This document shows positions 41,782-44,612 of a stretch of DNA of 44,612 nucleotides, piece after piece (the stretch's first letter is position 1; the number at the start of each line of letters is the position of its first letter). The translations under genes and the position numbers were made by a program. The notes under the pieces were generated by a model. That model was not told the DNA's origin and did not search any database. It saw only the letters and a program-made list of their open reading frames with translations. The DNA comes from Escherichia phage vb_EcoS_bov22_1, in the sequence record NC_073084.1. The stretch is one strand, 5' to 3'.

Positions 41782-44612
41782 CGATTGTCTATGATGTCAC
41801 AGGCCATAAAGGCGGCGGTGGCAAACAGCACACCCCACAGGAGACACCAGATAGCCTGCATTCGCTGGCTAAAATCCGCATCTTGCTTGCGCTGGGAGAA
41901 GGGGAGTTCGAAGGTATTCCAGACCCTAACGAATTACGGCGGCGCGTATATCTGGACGGAACACCGATCCAGAATGCAGACCTGTCTGAAAACTTCCCAG
42001 GCGCGCGTGTGGAGTTCCGCCCCGGAACACAGCACCAGGATGTGATCCACGGATTTTCAGCGGTGGAAAGTGAGCAATCTGTCGGCGTAAAACTGGAAAA
42101 CGGCACGCCGTGGGTGCGCCAGATTAACGACACCAGTTTGGACGCCGTGCGCATTCGCATCGGCATTCCGGCCCTGTACACAAACGAAGATAATGGCGAC
42201 CTGGTGGGCGGGCGCATCGACTATAAGATCGTTGTGTATACGGATAACGCGGACCCGCGTGAGTTCAGATTCGCCGCCGTTGGTAAAACAATGTCGCTGT
42301 ATGAGCGCGACCACCGCATCGAATTACCTCCGAACGTTAACACCGGCTGGCGCGTGGAGGTGCACCGCATAACGGCAGACTCCACATCGGCGAAAGTGGT
42401 TAATGATATCCGGGTGCAGTCCATCACTGAGATTATTGACGCCCGCCTGCGTTACCCGCTAACCGCGCTGTTGTTTGTGGAGTTCGACGCCAAAGCGTTC
42501 CAGAACATCCCGCGCGTGTCCATCAAGTGCAAAGGCCGCAAAGTTCTAATACCGAACAACTACGATCCGATTAATCATACCTATTCCGGGGACTGGGACG
42601 GCACGTTTAAACGCGCATGGACGGATAACCCTGCGTGGCACTGGTACGATATTTGTATTACTGAGCGCTTCGGCCTCGGTCGGCGTATCAAACCGCAAAT
42701 GTTAAACCGGTACGCGCTCTACCAGATTGCGCAGCGCTGCGATCAGTTGGTCAGCGACGGCAACGGCGGTAGAGAAATCCGCTTTAAGAACGATATGTAC
42801 ATCCAGTCGCAGACAGACGCCTGGACCGTGCTTAAGGATTTAGCAGCTATCTTTGCCGGTATGACCTGGTGGGGAAACCAGATGTTGAATATCGTAAGTG
42901 ACCAGCCGGTCGCAGCGGTATCGCACACTATCACCAACGCCTCGGTTATTGATGGCAGATTCGACTACGCGTCCGGTAGCCAGAAAACTCGGTATTCCAC
43001 ATTCGCGGTAGCATACGGCAACCCGAAGAACCACTATGAAGATGCCATTGCTACGGGTCAGCGTGTCGAACTGGTACGCCGCCATAAGATTAACCGTCTG
43101 GATATAACGGCGATCGGCTGTACGCGTGAGTCAGAAGCGCAACGACGTGGGCACTGGGCGCTAATCTCCAACCAGCTTGACCAGCAAGTTAGCTTTAAGG
43201 TTGGCATGGAGGGACTTTTCTTTATTCCGGGTAGCGTAGTCGCGATCGCCGATACAAACATTTCTGGCGGCTTCGAGACACGCGGCGGTCGCCTGTTGTC
43301 GGACCCTGGCACGCGGACGGTGCTGAACACAGACAGCGAAATCACGTTCCGCCCCGGTGATAAATTCCTGGTGCGCACCGATAGCGGAAATGTGGAGACT
43401 CGCGAGATTGCCAGCGTCAACGGCAACAAGGTTACGCTAAAAACCGCACTGGATGCCGACCCGATCCCAGATCAACCGTTTTGCGTGGATGGCAACGATA
43501 TCCAGTTGCAGAAATTCCGCATCACCGACCTGGAATATGACGACTCTACCAGCACTTTCTCGGTGCGCGGGATCGAGTACAACGATAGTAAATACGATGC
43601 CGTTGATAATGGCGCTCGCCTTGATCCGGGCATCTTCACGCAAGTTCCTGATGGCGTAATGAAGGGGCCGGAATCCGTGACCATCACTCCGTCGCAGATT
43701 TCATCGCAAGGCCAGCTAATCACCAACGTGGATATTGTATTCCCGCCGGTGAAGGACGCCGTTGTGTATGAAATCCAGTGGCGACGCACCAGCTTGCAGA
43801 ATATGGAAATCCAGTGGGGTAACGACTGGGTGAATATTCCGCGCACGGCGTCGAATGGCGCGCATATCCCAAACGTGTTTTCCGGTAACTATCAGGCACG
43901 CGTTCGCGCGATCGGTATGGGCGAGATTTCATCACCGTGGGTGTCGTCCGCTATCACGCCGGTGGAAGGTCGTCTCGGAGGTCTTAACGCACCTATCATC
44001 ACCAACGCGATTTCGGGCCTTCATCAAATTTTGTGGAAGTGGAACCACAACAACGCCGCGACGGATATCTCTTACACCGAGCTTGAAGTGCGCAAGACTG
44101 GTGAAACGGAATGGAAGTTTCTTACAAACGTCCCATATCCGGGGGCGGAGTATGCCCAAACGTCGCTGGAGTTCGGGATCTATCAGCAGTTGCGCACCCG
44201 CGTAGCGGATAAAATCGGCAACCTGTCGGACTGGTCTGCCCCATTTGAAGGCCAGGTGAGTGACAAAGTTGACGAGTACATGAAGGGGCTTGACGACGAG
44301 TTCTTGACTTCTGAGGATGGTAAACGCTTCCAGGAAGCGATCGACACCATTCCGCAAGGCATTTATGAAGCCATGCTCACCGACGCACAGCAATTGTTTA
44401 ACGCCCGCACCGAGTACAAGGGTATTTATGCGGAAATCTCGGTCGCGTATAACGTGGCGGCGGACGCCCACAAGGCGGTCGCTCAACTGGAGACGTTGAT
44501 CGGCACGAGACTGGACGATGCTGAAGCGGCGATCCACACGCTGCAGACGGCGCAGAGTACGCACGAACAAGCGTTCGCCCAGTACCAACAAACTGTTGCC
44601 GCTAAGTTCGGG
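41778..44612 (+). CDS. tail-tip host-specificity protein J-like (3' end beyond window, apparently continuing at base 3)
   Basis: ATG 41778 overlapping the upstream TGA; open frame of 945 codons to the window end with no stop; the six-frame track omitted it because it has no stop inside the window. Confidence 0.8.
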   Translation, partial: MTIVYDVTGHKGGGGKQHTPQETPDSLHSLAKIRILLALGEGEFEGIPDPNELRRRVYLDGTPIQNADLSENFPGARVEFRPGTQHQDVIHGFSAVESEQSVGVKLENGTPWVRQINDTSLDAVRIRIGIPALYTNEDNGDLVGGRIDYKIVVYTDNADPREFRFAAVGKTMSLYERDHRIELPPNVNTGWRVEVHRITADSTSAKVVNDIRVQSITEIIDARLRYPLTALLFVEFDAKAFQNIPRVSIKCKGRKVLIPNNYDPINHTYSGDWDGTFKRAWTDNPAWHWYDICITERFGLGRRIKPQMLNRYALYQIAQRCDQLVSDGNGGREIRFKNDMYIQSQTDAWTVLKDLAAIFAGMTWWGNQMLNIVSDQPVAAVSHTITNASVIDGRFDYASGSQKTRYSTFAVAYGNPKNHYEDAIATGQRVELVRRHKINRLDITAIGCTRESEAQRRGHWALISNQLDQQVSFKVGMEGLFFIPGSVVAIADTNISGGFETRGGRLLSDPGTRTVLNTDSEITFRPGDKFLVRTDSGNVETREIASVNGNKVTLKTALDADPIPDQPFCVDGNDIQLQKFRITDLEYDDSTSTFSVRGIEYNDSKYDAVDNGARLDPGIFTQVPDGVMKGPESVTITPSQISSQGQLITNVDIVFPPVKDAVVYEIQWRRTSLQNMEIQWGNDWVNIPRTASNGAHIPNVFSGNYQARVRAIGMGEISSPWVSSAITPVEGRLGGLNAPIITNAISGLHQILWKWNHNNAATDISYTELEVRKTGETEWKFLTNVPYPGAEYAQTSLEFGIYQQLRTRVADKIGNLSDWSAPFEGQVSDKVDEYMKGLDDEFLTSEDGKRFQEAIDTIPQGIYEAMLTDAQQLFNARTEYKGIYAEISVAYNVAADAHKAVAQLETLIGTRLDDAEAAIHTLQTAQSTHEQAFAQYQQTVAAKFG

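Noticed and set aside
1-44612. tRNA genes, integrase, repressor, attachment site
   Set aside because: No T-loop-like GGTTCGAATCC-type sequences or cloverleaf candidates seen in intergenic regions; no tyrosine or serine recombinase motifs; the genome looks virulent. A proper tRNA scan was not run, so this is provisional.

Overview
The window reads as a near-complete (~44.6 kb) genome of a virulent tailed phage with a long non-contractile (lambda-like) tail, probably infecting an enterobacterium; no integrase, repressor, tRNA or CRISPR was found. The two ends share 8 nt (agttcggg) and a J-like tail-tip ORF runs in frame across them, so the sequence is probably a circular or permuted assembly cut inside that gene. 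Layout: a leftward early/replication operon (552-15851, minus strand) encodes an acidic repeat protein, a RecB/Cas4-like nuclease, an SSB with a repeat tail, family A DNA polymerase, VRR-NUC nuclease, SNF2-like helicase, a C5-cytosine and a Dam-like N6-adenine methyltransferase, and a HAD phosphatase. A rightward block (16255-44612) encodes an HTH regulator, primase-helicase, small unknown genes, holin-like proteins and endolysin, an HTH-metallophosphoesterase fusion, TerS/TerL, portal, head morphogenesis protein, spanins, scaffold, major capsid protein, head-tail joining proteins, major tail protein, frameshifted G/G-T chaperone, tape measure and M/L/K/I/J-like tail-tip proteins. All calls rest on motifs read by eye and on gene order, not on database searches. 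The most unusual signals are: (1) a ~170-bp structured element of GCGGGACA iterons and GC-rich hairpins present twice (after the primase-helicase gene and between the tail chaperone and tape-measure genes), the second copy preceded by tandem units carrying a perfect 30-bp palindrome; (2) a TTGGTTGCA motif family at 12 or more intergenic sites, several inside sigma70-like promoters; (3) a reverse-oriented two-gene cassette with its own promoter inside the late operon; (4) a lipoprotein gene beside the tail-fibre genes (candidate superinfection exclusion); (5) an HTH-Mre11-like phosphoesterase fusion upstream of TerS; (6) acidic/basic tandem-repeat proteins including the first early gene.
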